From assembly GCA_022813865.1 (NCBI GenBank), contig JALDZX010000001.1:496001-560000 (forward strand): DNA of 64,000 bases, read 5' to 3'. Shown here piece by piece: positions 26,209-38,851 of the stretch (position 1 is its first letter; every line of letters starts with the position of its first letter). Both the position numbers and the translations under genes were made by a program. The notes below the pieces were generated by a model. It did no database searches, was not told the origin of the DNA, and saw only the letters and a list, made by a program, of their open reading frames with translations. The DNA is from Xylographa opegraphella (Eukaryota).

Positions 26209-29200
26209 TCATTCGCCCTTGTACTTCTCCTGATAAACACTGAAGGCGTGCTCGAGCAGATCGTTCTCCTCTTTCATGTGGCTAGCCTTGAGGCCAGTGG
26301 CCACGCTTGCACTGGGATTCCGTCCCGCATACAAGACGTGCTTCCGGTTGTGATGCTCGGTCTCGTTCAGTAACGTTTCTATTCTGGGTTGAGTAAAGCT
26401 CCAAGCGCCAGCGTTGAGAGGTTCTTCTTGGCACCATACAATGTTCTTCGCATTCGGGTACATATCAAGATTTTCCTTCAGCTGTGCCCATGGGAACGGG
26501 TTAAGTTGCTCAATACGGGTAATCGCGGCATTCTTGAATTCTTTGCTAGCACGATGCTTATGCAGTGCAGCGTAGACTTGCCCTGTACAAAGAATCACGC
26601 GCTCGATTTCTTCCGGTGGTGCTATCGAGTGCCCGTGCTCAGGATCGGGAATGATCCATTGGAAGTGCGATTCACCGGTAAACTCTTCAATGGAAGAGCG
26701 AGCCAATGGATGCCGGAGTAGAGATTTTGAGAAGAAGAGGACCAAAGCTGAATTGGTTGTCAGGTAAAGCTTGTCAACAAAGTTGATGGATGCACTTACG
26801 TTTCCTGAATTGCCTATTCATTTGTCTTCTCAGAATGTGGAACAAATTTGCTGGACTAGTCATATAAGCAATTTGCATGTTGCAGTCTTGATGCTGTCGA
26901 TCAAGCTTATCCGGGGAGGGAAATATTCTCGGATCCTCGTTACAGAGCTGCAAGTATCGTTCCATCCGGCCGGAAGAGTGCTCAGGACCCTGGCCATCAT
27001 AGCCATGCGGTAAAGAAAGCACTATGCCGGAACGTTGCATCCACTTCACCTCTCCCGAGGCAACGAACTGATCGATAATACATTGGCAATTGTTGGCGAA
27101 ATCGCCAAATTGAGCTTCCCAAATGACAAGCGCATTTGGTGAGGAAAGAGAGTAGCCGTACTCAAAGCCAAGCCTGCATCTTCGGATTAGTTGAGCATTT
27201 TACTGGATTAATTCTGAACTCACACTCCAAACTCGCTCAAGGAGGAATTGGATATGACGAAGCTGCCCTGCTTCTCACTGATGTGTTGGAGTGGTGTGTA
27301 TGTTGATTCGCTTTCCTGGTCATGAAGCACAGCATGACGCTGGGAGAAAGTACCGCGTTCCACGTCTTGGCCAGAGACCCGAACATGATGGCCTTCATCA
27401 CAGATAGTTCCGAAGGCGAGAGCTTCTGCCGTTGACCAATCAATTCCTTTTCCATCGTCTACAGTCTTTTTCCTGCCGGCAAGAATACGCTTCAGATTCC
27501 GATGTACCGTGAATCCCTCAGGAGCACCACTGATAATGCTGGCAATATGCGTAAGGCTTTCAGCAGGTACGCCAGTCGGCAAGTGCGGTAAAATTTCTGT
27601 TGCCAGTTCCTTAGGGGATTTGAAACCATTCCACGCGGATGTCAGCCATTCCTTAGAGGTGGGTTGGTAGTCCCTGCTTCTATCAAAGCTCTCGGAAAGC
27701 ATACCCCAAACCCATTTCTTGTGCTCTTCGATGTCTTCCTTCGTAAATGTGCTTTCCTTCAGTAACTTGTTTTCGTATTTCTTCAGAACCGGTTCCTGAG
27801 CCGCAATACGCTTGTACATTAGAGGTTGTGTGAAGGAAGGCTGATCTGTCTCGTTGTGACCTTGTTTGCGGTAGCACACAATATCAACGACAACGTCACG
27901 CTTGAATTCAGCGCGCCAGTCAGCTGCCATTTGACAGACAAAGTTGACAGCCTCTACATCATCTCCATTAACGTGAAAGATTGGGGCATCAATTGACTTC
28001 GCAATGTCAGAGCAATATGGAGTAGAGCGAGCGAATCTAGGATCCGTGGTAAACCCGATTTGATTATTGACTATAATGTGTATGGTTCCGCCAGTCGAGT
28101 ACGCCGGTAATGCCATGAAGCCGAGGGTCTCGTAAACAACGCCCTGGGCAGCGAACGCAGCATCGCCATGAAGGAGTACTCCCATTGCAGTACTGAATTC
28201 CTTTTCGTCGTTGTTATAGTGCTGGATTGCTCTGGTTTTGCCAAGCACGACTGGGTCTTCGGCCTCGAGATGTGATGGGTTGGCAACAAGAGATAGCTGG
28301 ACGCGTTTACCGGATGGCGTGGGGCGCTCAAAATTCATACCCAAATGGTACTTGACATCTCCAGATCCTTCGTCAGACGGCTCAGCGGACCCCCCGAATT
28401 CACTGAAAATAGACTCGTTCGGCTTGCGGACCACGTTACTGAGTACGTTGAGCCTACCTCGATGAGGCATACCAATCACAATATCCTTGATACCGTAGTC
28501 CACACTTCGATCAATAAGAGCCTTCATTCCAGGCACCAATGTTTCCGCGCCCTCCAAGCCGAATCTTTTGTCATTGGGATATTTCGTAGCTAGAAACGCT
28601 TCGAAACTCGTACTCCAAATCAAACGATCAAGGATTCTGCGCTTCTCATCGACCGAGTACTTGAAGGGATTAGGAATCTCAACACGACCCCGAATCCAGT
28701 CGCACATCTGCCTATCAGGGATGTGGATGTACTCAACGCCGTAGGCCCCACAGTACAACCGTTCGCATGCTGCAATGATCTCTCGTAGTGTCATCTTCTT
28801 TCGGGTCTCTGTCTCAAATCTAGGCAATATTCCAGGACCCAAGGTATATTCGGTATCAAGGTCTTTCTCAGTGAACTGGTAATGCTCGAGTTCAAGCTCT
28901 TTGGGCTTGTGGTAACCAAAAGCTTCTGCTTCACCCCGGATACCAAGTGGATCTGTACGTGCCTTATGATGACCTCTGGCTTGGTATGCACGTACGAGGA
29001 GTTGTACCTTCAAGTGGTTTGTCACGTCCAGGCCTTCGCTGGATCCAATGCCTACGCCTGGCATAGCTTGCGGGACACCTCCGGTGGGAGTAGGAACAAT
29101 GGTTGGCGGAGGTTGAAAAGCTTGAGATATTGGCATGTTTCCATCCTCCATGTTTCTAAAGTAGACTTGCCACGAGATGTGGACACTTGAAGGTTCTCGT

Positions 29201-29546
29201 TTCCATTGCATATACATTTCGTCCACATAGTTGGCCGTGTTGCCTTGTAGAAATGAATCATTCGAAGCCTGTGTATGATAATTAGGTACAGCAATCAAAC
29301 CATGAACTAAGCTCAAGCACTTACCACTCCCTTGTTCGTCTCTGCAGCCGGCACAGCATAATGCCTCTTCTGTACATTTGCACCTAAGGAAGCTATACCT
29401 TGATGCTTTTGCCATGGCTTTGCAAGAGCAAAGCGAGAAGGTTTGGTGCACGTTTCTGGAAAGAATGAGTTATGGATTGCTCGATTGCAATAGCGGCGGC
29501 CTGCAATGAGGCGCCCGTTAGAGCTGCGAAGAGATGAGCGAAGCAT
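26209..29546 (-). CDS. KGD1: 2-oxoglutarate dehydrogenase E1 component, mitochondrial
   Basis: Arg/Ser-rich presequence, 'KRFGLEGAE', '[11 protein letters not shown]', TPP motif '[12 protein letters not shown]', '[14 protein letters not shown]'. Introns 29269-29324, 27174-27223, 26748-26799. Confidence 0.97.
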
Positions 29547-29806
29547 TTTGAAATATTTCTCAAAAGCTCAACTATCGATGCATTATTAAGAAAGGAAGGG
29601 GAATGATAGCAGCTTGAATACTGCTAATGTCCCAGGTTAGAAAGTGAATAGGGAAGTGAATAGAAGTTGGAAACCAGATCATGCTCCAAAATATGGGGTA
29701 AAAATTAGCCTGAGGCAGTTCCGCCACAAGGCTGATGTCGCGTTAGAACTTCTGTCAACGCGCTCACCACTTCCAGCTTGCAGTATCTCATGCGGATGGC
29801 GGTATC

Positions 29807-31772
29807 ATGGCTCCTCCAAGAGGCTTCGCAGCCTACAAGAAGAAAGACGGAATCCTCGCTTTATCGCGAGACTCGCAGTCAGTGTCATGGACACCGGCCG
29901 CACCGCCCGGGTCACAGCCCACGGTGACATTATCCGTGAAGAGTATCACAAGTAAGACAGCACTTCGCTATAGGTTCATGAGATAGATTTGTACCTAACT
30001 TGCTTGTAGATCTACAGCAGACCCCTGCAAGTAGCCCAAAGGTCATGCTGAAGGTCTTTGCCCAAACGCCAGGCGTACCAGCACCAGAGGCGCACGTCTT
30101 CTCTTTCACGTCAACTTCACAGGCGCGTGCGGAAGCGGACGCTATCAAAGATGCTCTCAGCAGAGCGATACAAACGGATAGTTTGGCACCTGCAGCGCAT
30201 GGTGGAGTGTCTTCCTCAGCTGCAATGGCAATCGCAAGTGCAGTATCATCTACGCTTGGGGCAGGAAGAGACACCAGCACTTTGTATGATGATGACCAGC
30301 TGAAGTCGAATGTAGAGTTACAGCAGTCTTTACTAAAGGCAAATCCATCTTTATCCAAGACTTTCATGGAGTCTCTTCGTACGAAACCAGATTCGATATC
30401 AAATTTTCAATTTACTTCACAGTTCTGGTCATCTAGAGCGCATCTCCTCCGTGCCCATGCAATAGAGCGAAGCCAAACTCGAGGGGCTTATAACGTCCTC
30501 TCCACAATCAAGCCTAGGACAGAGGAAAATACTATCAAATTAAGCATTAGTAAAGACCAAATTCAATTGATCTTTAGCCAACATGAGTTGGTCAAACGTG
30601 CCTATGATGAGAATGTTCCAAAACTAAGTGAAGAAGTCTTCTGGTCTCGGTTTTTCCAAAGCAGACTGTTCAAAAAACTGAAGGGCGAGAAAATCCTCGA
30701 AGCAGACTCCTCCGATGCAGTTCTCGACAAGTATCTTGCCCTGGATGAAGACTTGGAACGAAGCCGCCGGATCCTGGCTGCCCACATCCCGCACATTATC
30801 GATGTTGAAGGTAACGAGCAGAACCATAGCCAGCGGAAAGGCAACCAGCCCGACTTCTCCATGCGGCCAACTTCTGTAGACCGAGTCCCCATTATTCGGA
30901 CGCTCAACTCACTCAGCGAGAAAATCATGTCGCACGTGGCTCCTAACGATATCGATCCCTCGGAGCCCATAGGCATGGACGAAGAAACCTTCAATTCCCT
31001 CGCCCTCCGCGATCTCCAAGCCGACGCGGAAGAGAACCGGATCATCCTCAACATTAAGGGCCAAGGACGCTTTTTCTCGAACGACAAGGCCGACGACACC
31101 TCCGCAGACACGCTCCTCTACAGCCAACAAGACCCTCACGAAGTTCTCAAGTCCATCAGGATGGATCTTGCAAGCAAGGGTCCCGAGGTCGACCTGGCGT
31201 CCGCCATAGGAGTCGACGACTACAGCTCGGACTCCGATTCTGGCGAACCACACCCGAGTCACGTCGGCAGCAAAGCCAGTCTCCGCGGAGCGACCACCCG
31301 GCTCTACGACGCCATCGCGCAGCAGCGTGCCCAGAACGAGGATCTCTCGCCGAACGGCCTCTCGTCCGCGGCCTCCACGTGCGATCTCTCCTCCACCATC
31401 TTCGACCGACTGTCCCTCACCCACGCCACAACAACGGAGTTCTTGCACCATTTCTGGGTCGCCTTCCTCTCCGGAGATCCGCTTCGGGCGGAGGAGATTG
31501 CGCGGCTGGTGGAGACGCTGGACCGGGCCATGGATCGGATCCGCGCCGTGGCCGATGATGCGGAGGCGGAGCGGCTGAAGGAGGTGGAGAAGTTGAAGAA
31601 GCAGGTCAGAGATCATTATGAGCGGACGCATAAAAAGCTGTCGTTCCATCCAGATTCGGTGAAGGGAGGGGCGGAGGTGGTGAATCAGTTGATGGGGCCG
31701 ACTGTTACTGCTATCGGCGTGGCGCTCCGCAAGTATAAAGAAGCCTTGGTTCAGGAGGATGATATTCAATGA
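29807..31772 (+). CDS. TFB1: TFIIH subunit Tfb1/p62 (PH + BSD domains)
   Basis: 'AAYKKKDGILAL...ITNLQQTPASSPKVMLKVF' PH domain across intron 29952-30009. BSD motifs 'FWSSRAHLLRAHA' and 'LSEEVFWSRFFQSRLF'. Confidence 0.92.
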
Positions 31773-31983
31773 CGATTCCGAGATTCATGATAAAAATGAA
31801 GATTGCCTGGTTGACTACGATTTCCAAGTGCCCTTTTGACAGGCTTCCACATACACGATAAGTATATTAGTATCCCCATCGTCTGCAAAACCGAAAGTCC
31901 ATCTCGATGTATTCGAACACTAGATATGCAAGACATTTGAACCCTCCATTGAATCCTCCGAAGTCCAATGTCCTCAGTCACCT

Positions 31984-33081
31984 TCACGAATCATCCAGGC
32001 CCTCATACAACGGTACTCCCCAGTTCTTACTTGGATTATTGAACCGGTGCAGATACTTCTTCCCTACTTCCTCGATCTTCTTGAACCCCTCATAACCCAT
32101 CACACATTCCCTGGCTCCGAAGTTCTCGCTGATCCGCTCCTTGTGCTGGCTCTTCGGGATCACGCTCGTCCCTCTGCTCATGCCCCACGCCAGCGCCACC
32201 GTGGCCGGCGTGCAGCCGTTCTCCTTTGCGATATCGTTGATGACCGTGTTCTCAAGCAGCGCCGGCGTGGAACCCTTCTTCGGGCCCCCGTAAGTGGGAT
32301 TGGAGTTCGCGAGTGGCGAATACGCCGTGACATGGATACCGTGGTTGTAATGCCACTGCACCCAGGCGGTTTGCTGCAGGTACGGGTGCAGCTCCATCTG
32401 ATGAGCGAAGGGGGTGATCTTGGATTTTGCAATCAGATTCTCTAGCTGGGCGGGTGAGAAATTGGAGACGCCGATATGGCGGACTTTGCCGGTATGCAGC
32501 AGCCGCTCCATGGCGTGCCATGTCTAGAATCTGATCAGTACTTTAGGCAGAGGCAGGGAGTAAAGCTGGACTTACATCGATGTAGCCTAGCTTGTTGTTG
32601 CCGCTCGAGGGCGTTTGGGCGACGGGCCAGTGCATCAGATAGAGATCCAGGTAGTCAAGGCCAAGATCAGAAATGGTCTTCTCGAGGCCTTCGAAGACAA
32701 GGTCCGGGCGATGGCTAATGGTTATCAGCATGATTCCAGTAATGTACTACCTCGAAATCTGATGCGCACTTACTGGTCGTTCCACAACTTCGAAGTCACC
32801 CATATCTCAGAGCGCTTCAATCCAGCTTTCTTCAAGCCATCCGCAATGCCCCTACCCACTTCCTTCTCATTACCGTAGGCAGCTGCGCAGTCGATGTGAC
32901 GATAGCCAGTCTCAATGGCATACGATACTGCTTCCGACGCGTTCGACTTGTCAAGGTTCCATGTGCCGTATCCTAGAAGTGGTATCGACAGAGATGAGTG
33001 GGAGTTGAGGGAAATTTGTTGCTTTTGACTATTAGCCACTGGCAATGCCAGAGCAAGAGAGGCAACGCTCAGAAACTTCAT
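31984..33081 (-). CDS. Aldo-keto reductase (Gcy1/AKR1-like) with N-terminal signal-peptide-like extension
   Basis: 'GYGTW', '[14 protein letters not shown]', 'WVTSKLWN', '[12 protein letters not shown]', 'IGVSNF', 'VIPKS'. Introns 32715-32773 and 32524-32575. Confidence 0.92.
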
Positions 33082-33404
33082 TGTTAACTAATGGATAATT
33101 TAGTGAGCGATTGAAGAATACAAATCCTACTCTTATAAGGTCTCTCATTTCTCCGCATCTTTGGAGGTGATGTCATGCCTGATGGAAGCCCTCGTCCAAA
33201 GATATGCGGACGGAAGACCCCGCGACAGCTTCAGATAGCAGCACTTTAGCCGACAGTCGGCTCGTGCGAAGTACAATTACTTCAGCGACGGTGTATCAAT
33301 ATGTAAGATCATTGATACCAGATCATTTCAGAGGTCGAACTTCTCCAAATCTGTTGTATAGAAACAAATATAAACAGGGGTATATACATATTAACTTGAA
33401 AATC

Positions 33405-34271
33405 TCAACTCGAAGTAGTGGACGGCTCTTCATCATTGCCAAAACGTCGTCTTTCCATGGTTTCTAATAGCATATCTTTGTGGCCCGCCCAGTATTCTGT
33501 CAGATCCTCGAATGTCATGTTCCCAAATTCATTCCGTAGCCAGCAGTTCTCACATCTATTATTCTTTTCCAATTCCTGATTCTTTGCCTTGAGAGATTCA
33601 ACTTCTGCTCTCAGCATTCGATTACTGTCCTCCATCTGCTTCATGTAAGCGGTCGCGCTTGCAAGGATTTCCGCTTTTCGAGGCTTTTGAATCTTTGCCA
33701 GTTCCTCAAGATCGGGTCCATTGCAAAGTACTTTTCCGCTGGAGGCGGTCTTCGTTGAAGGGACGGCCTTCCGCAACATCTCGAATTTAGAGTTGAGGTT
33801 CTCGCGATATTTGCGCTCGACTTTGTTGTGGGAGGCTTTAGCTTGGCGATCGGAAAACGTGTCATGGTCGGAAGTATCTGAGGACCGCTTGAGTGAGCTA
33901 GGGATGAGGATCGGTTTCGCGTCGTAAGTACGTGCGCTGGGAAATGTCGTAAATTCTGGGTGCTTTTGGATCAGGTCAGGATACGTCTGAGAGTTGTAAC
34001 TCCATCGTGCATCTCCTTGAGGTTGCGCGCTGTTGTTTGCTTGGCATCGTGCCTGATAGCCATACATGTCATGGGGCGGTTCAGGGCCTCCTTGAAAACT
34101 GTGCACTGGGTCGTAGCAGCCAGGGCTCCAACAGGTGGTACCTGCTTTCGGTCGCGTCGGGCTCGAAACGTATGAGTCCTCTGTACCCACAGTGGAGGTG
34201 ATGGACGCGGTCAGAGAATTTGTACGAGGTGCTTCAGCCCAAGAACTGCTCAAAGAGTCCGAACTGGCCAT
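33405..34271 (-). CDS. bHLH-zip transcription factor, SREBP-type basic region, no TM domain
   Basis: 'KASHNKVERKYRENLNSKFEMLRKAVP...PRKAEILASATAYMKQME' plus zipper. Tyr in ERKYR is the SREBP hallmark. Confidence 0.88.
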   Translation of the reverse strand: MASSDSLSSSWAEAPRTNSLTASITSTVGTEDSYVSSPTRPKAGTTCWSPGCYDPVHSFQGGPEPPHDMYGYQARCQANNSAQPQGDARWSYNSQTYPDLIQKHPEFTTFPSARTYDAKPILIPSSLKRSSDTSDHDTFSDRQAKASHNKVERKYRENLNSKFEMLRKAVPSTKTASSGKVLCNGPDLEELAKIQKPRKAEILASATAYMKQMEDSNRMLRAEVESLKAKNQELEKNNRCENCWLRNEFGNMTFEDLTEYWAGHKDMLLETMERRRFGNDEEPSTTSS

Positions 34272-35300
34272 AGTCTCGAGGATAGGAGCTGAGTATGGTC
34301 CGAGGCTTTCTGCAGAATGAAACGCGAAATTCTAACATCGAATAATCAACTTTTGCCACAGTGTAGAGGTGATGTAAAGAGGGGTCGCATACCGATGGTG
34401 GGAACATATGTTGGCCATCGCTGGACAGGGTGAAGTCCTCGTCGGACTTCGAGGTCTGAAGCGACTACCCAGCACGACCATTGTTAGCCACCGCTCAGAA
34501 GTCACAAATATCTCTGCCCCATGGTCACATACATCCTTGATGAATTGTGTATTTAGAACAGCTCTCCGCCACGGCATGATGATTGTTGTGGGCCTGAGGC
34601 TCTGTCGTCGGCCACGTGGAGAACGTGGCCTGACGAGGGAAATCAGTGTGTACTCATCGAACGGAAACGTAACGCTATCGTGGTGCAGCCGGTTCCCCAG
34701 AGTTTTTCAGGGCGACGCTCACCCCCACCTCGCCAGCAAAGGTGGGAAAGATAAGTGAGACGCCACCAGAGGCCCGAAAATAGGTTGGGAATCTGGGAGG
34801 TCGGCCATCATCGCTTGTTGCAGCAAAACACAAGTCACGGGAAGTTTCTGCCGAAGCTTCAGAACGACGTTGCTTCGCCTGCTCGTCGCGTGGGAATCAG
34901 GGGTCTGCTGAGCACGCGCTCCGGCCTAGCGCTGGGGCTAGCTGGTCACGCCACTTTTCCACCCAATTATCAGAAGGCAGTGCGGCAGTTAGCAAGCCGA
35001 CTCTGTCTTAGCGGCCGAGGGCGGAACGGCGAGCAAGAAGTCTTAAATTGCCGGGAACTGCTAGTGTGCAGAATGCAGAATGCGGCATGCAGAAATAATT
35101 ATGCCTCAGCTTCAACGATTAGGTAAGTAATAATAATGATAATGATAATTGTTCGAACTGGACACCGGATATTAAGAGTCCCTTTAGTTATGTTTATGAA
35201 AAGTGTAGTGCTGCTCTAGGCGCCTTTCGAACTGAGAATCCCCAGAGATTGTGTGCCTATCACTGAAATCAAAGCTCGCCGGATACGCCCCCTTCCCAAA

Positions 35301-36300
35301 CTAAAGGCGAGCTTTGTCCAGCCGTATACCCGTCTCCTCAAACTTGATTTTCATACCTTCATTCAGAGCTTCTTGCAGAGCACACCCGATGCTGACAGCC
35401 TATACGGCGAATGTCAATCTGGGAGGCACTGTGGTGTCATCCAAGCATGCTACCGTAATTGCGTTGATCCCCGTCACAAACGCCTGTTCGAATCGACTCT
35501 AAAATGATGCGGGATTTTTCTTCCGATTCCATTTGTCTCGTATATGTGCCCCGGCATTCCTCGGGGTCTAGCATTGACCATCGATCTTCCTTCAGTTACA
35601 ATGATCTCGCTCATGTCGTGCTGACGAGCCGCCGTCATCAGCGACGAGTAAAAGTATGCAATCCTTCCGCCCCCAGAACTTCACAACCCCGACTCTGCTG
35701 TCAGCGTACTTTATACTTGCGCAAACCTTGCTGTACAGCTATGATGTCAAAGGTATCACCGGTATGACGACGCTGTCCTAGCAAGAGAATCACAAAGCTG
35801 GGAGAATGTCGTGAATGTTGCTTTTCACGAAGACCCCACCGGAGTACTTGATATACTTCATGAAGGATCGCGTTGGTTATAGCTTGTCGTACGTTTGACA
35901 GCGGAGCACAGAGGCATGCATAGGAAAGCCAGAGTCCCTTCGCTGAAAGGCAGCACGGTAGCACGCATCGAACCTTCTCAAAACCTCCCCCATGACCATG
36001 AGGCGCTGATGACTCTTCTCTGTATCGTCTACACATGAAGACTTTGTAAGTCAATTTCATCAGAATTGAGCCTGGGCGAGTGATCATACTACTTATTTGC
36101 GGCTTTTCGCAAAGAACGTGCTTGTTCGCCTCCATTGCTTGATAGCTTGTTCTGCATGTATGGTTGTGACGGTGCTGATCACCGTAGCCTAGCAGTCCGG
36201 GGTTCTCCAACATCTTATCGTAGCTTGCGTATATGGTCACTCCGTTTGGTTCCAAGAGCTGTCTGGCTCACCAAGATCTCCGCTTCGTCGGGCATGAAAG
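35301..36300 (-). pseudogene. Pseudogene of Gfo/Idh/MocA myo-inositol 2-dehydrogenase-like oxidoreductase
   Basis: Collinear motifs across several frames: 'LEPNGVTIYASYDKML', 'HAEQAIK', 'KHVLCEKP', 'RRFDACYR', 'SVLRCQTYDKL*', 'SGGVFV..NIHDI', 'RIAYFYSS', 'RFEQAFVT', 'IGCALQE...ETG..DKARL*'. At least 4 in-frame stops and several frameshifts. Rossmann N-terminus not found. Confidence 0.85.
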
Positions 36301-36410
36301 CTACACAATCTCGTCACCCAAATTCTGGCTAAATCATGATCATTGATAACGAGTTACGACGACGCTGCGCGTAACTTATAAGGTGTAGTCATTACACAAC
36401 CAAAGACTTT

Positions 36411-37614
36411 TCAGTCCTTGCCATCCATCTCAATGACCACCTTCAGTACCAAATTACCTTCTTCATCTACAGTCCTGGCGGCCATTTCAAATGCCTTCTG
36501 CGCGTGCTGCAAACCATGGAACCGATGCGTAATCAGTGTTCTTGGATCCGGCGTATCTGATCTCCTTTTCGACAACAACTCTATACCAGAAGCATAAGTA
36601 TTGACATATCGGAACACTCCACATAAATCTACTTCACGCAGCGCGGCAGCAGAAATCGGTAGCGTCTGTATAGGAGTGCCCATCCCCACAAGCATGATGC
36701 GTCCACCAGGTTTCGTGATATAGATGGCCGCTTGCACACATGACTCTACGCCAGTGCACTCAAATACCACGTCTACCTCTGCAATCGTATTTCCTGTAGC
36801 GGTTGCTGTTTGTGAAATATTCAACGCCGTCTCCTTTGCAATAGCAAGCTTCTCCTTGATACTTTGGCCACGCTTCGATGAAACAACATAACTATGATCA
36901 GCGAAACCATTCTTTGTTGCGAAGTCCACGCGTCCTTCATCGATGTCGGCTATGATGACTACGCTGGCACCCGCCTCTTTTGCCATGTAGGCACATAACA
37001 GACCAACCGCGCCGGCTCCAAAAACCAGCACCGAAGCCTTCATGGGTATCTGAGCTCTTCTCGATGCATGTGTAGCGACTCCTAAAGGTTCTAATATGGC
37101 TCCCTCATCGTATGACATAGCGCTAGGGAGTTTGTAACACCACTTGGCTGGATGATTGATTTTTTCCTGTAGAGTTCCTTGAAAATGCGGAAAGATCTTG
37201 GCAGAGCTCCGGAATCGCATAGTCTTGCAGAGGTTGTATCGTCCATTGCTACAGGACTCACATTCTTCACAAGGCAATCCGACTTCGAGAGCTACTTTGT
37301 CTCCGACCTGAAAGTTCCCTCCCTCTCTGCCCACTGCCACTACCTCGCCGGCTGATTCATGTCCTAGTGCCAGAGGCTCTTTCACAATGATATCTCCATT
37401 TCGCCCATGGTTGTAGTAGTGCAGATCAGATCCACAGAGGCCAGTCGATCTTATGGCTAGTTGTAGCTCCGTCGCCGCTGGAGGTGGTAGACTTCGTATT
37501 TCCTTGTCAGCACTGTCAACTTAGTAGGAATACCGATACAGTGGGTGACACTGTACTTACGATCCTCAAGTCCTTAGGTCCATGGAGGACCAGCGCCGGA
37601 ACTGAAGTATCCAT
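36411..37614 (-). CDS. Zn-dependent MDR polyol dehydrogenase (sorbitol/xylitol/L-idonate 5-dehydrogenase-like)
   Basis: Exon 1 'MDTSVPALVLHGPKDLRI', intron 37503-37560, 'GLCGSDLHYY', 'LGHESAG', structural Zn 'CEECESC...YNLC', 'VFGAGAVG...IADID' (NAD-type). Intact. Confidence 0.92.
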
Positions 37615-37897
37615 CTGGATGCTTTAACAATGTGAAGCTAGCAAGTAATTACGAATTGAGGTTACAATTGAAACAATGCAAAGGACTCCGCTACAGCAAC
37701 TCTAATTGATGGAGAAATTGGACCGAGGACGTTTAGATAGCACTAAGCCATGAAACCCTTATCGATAAGAATGTACCGAGCCTCAACGTCTTTAATCCCA
37801 TCCTCCAAATGGGACAGCCGAAATCATGAAATAAATCCATTCATACGTCTCGTATCGAACCATTGAGACATTGACAATCGAGCTTATCGCGGCGATT

Positions 37898-38738
37898 ATG
37901 GCATCCATTCAGCAGTTGTTCTCTCTGGAAGGCCAGACCGCTCTGGTCACTGGAGGCACGCGAGGCATTGGCCAAGCAATGGCGATTGCGCTTGCTGAGG
38001 CCGGAGCAGACATTGTTCTCGTTCAGGTACAAGTGAAGGTGCCTCAGTCACAAAGCAAGACTGATTCCCCGTTAGTAGAGAGATACCACAAATCAGACCA
38101 CCAAAACCTCCATTGAAAACTTAGGTCGCAAAGCGACCATATTTGTTGCAGATCTGGCATCTCACTCGGCGGTGTCGAGCTTAGTATCTGAAATACTGCG
38201 ACAGATACCGCGCATCGATATTCTGCTGAATTGCGGAGGTATTCAGCGTCGTCATCCATCGCACCAGTTTCCTGATGCAGATTGGAATGAAGTTCTGCAA
38301 GTGAACCTGACGACTGTTTTCACGCTGTGTCGGGACGTGGGCGCGCACATGCTTCTGAATGAGCCACATGCGGTGACTGGGAAACGTGGATCTATAATCA
38401 ACGTTGCGTCCCTGCTCTCGTTTCAGGGAGGTCTCACCGTGCCAGCTTATGCAGCATCGAAAGGGGGAGTTGCTCAGCTGACGAAGGCGTTGAGTAATGA
38501 GTGGGCTGGGAAAGCCGTCAATGTTAATGCTATCGCGCCAGGATATATTGCCACTGAGATGAATACAGCACTGATGAACGATGAGAAGCGGGCGGAGAGC
38601 ATATTGGTTAGGATCCCAGCTGGAAGATGGGGGAATCCTGAGGACTTCAAGGGTGCTGTAGTCTTTCTGGCCAGTAAGGCGAGCACTTATGTGAGTGGTG
38701 AGATCCTGACTGTCGATGGAGGGTGGATGGGAAGGTAG
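37898..38738 (+). CDS. Classical SDR, KduD / 5-keto-gluconate reductase (IdnO)-like
   Basis: '[19 protein letters not shown]', intron 38027-38078, 'NCGGIQRR', '[19 protein letters not shown]' (YxxxK), '[10 protein letters not shown]', 'VDGGWMGR'. Intact. Confidence 0.92.
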
Positions 38739-38851
38739 TAAGCCAGAGATGTACAGGGCTTTGTGTTGTTGCCAGTCCTAAACTCCAATCTTATTTCAAA
38801 GCTATGACACGTTAACTAGATATCCTTAATAAGAGCTTCACATCTCATCTA

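Noticed and set aside
30909..31769. Long antisense ORFs (e.g. 30909-31769, 520-1170, 20005-20736, 41708-42427)
   Set aside because: They are shadows of well-supported genes on the opposite strand and have no domain features.
9641..34271. DSC2 and an SREBP-type bHLH in the same window as a functional cluster
   Set aside because: They are 23 kb apart with many unrelated genes between, and the bHLH has no TM anchor to be cleaved.
35701..36255. 184-aa ORF as an intact gene
   Set aside because: It follows the Gfo/Idh/MocA frame only in patches and is part of the frameshifted pseudogene.
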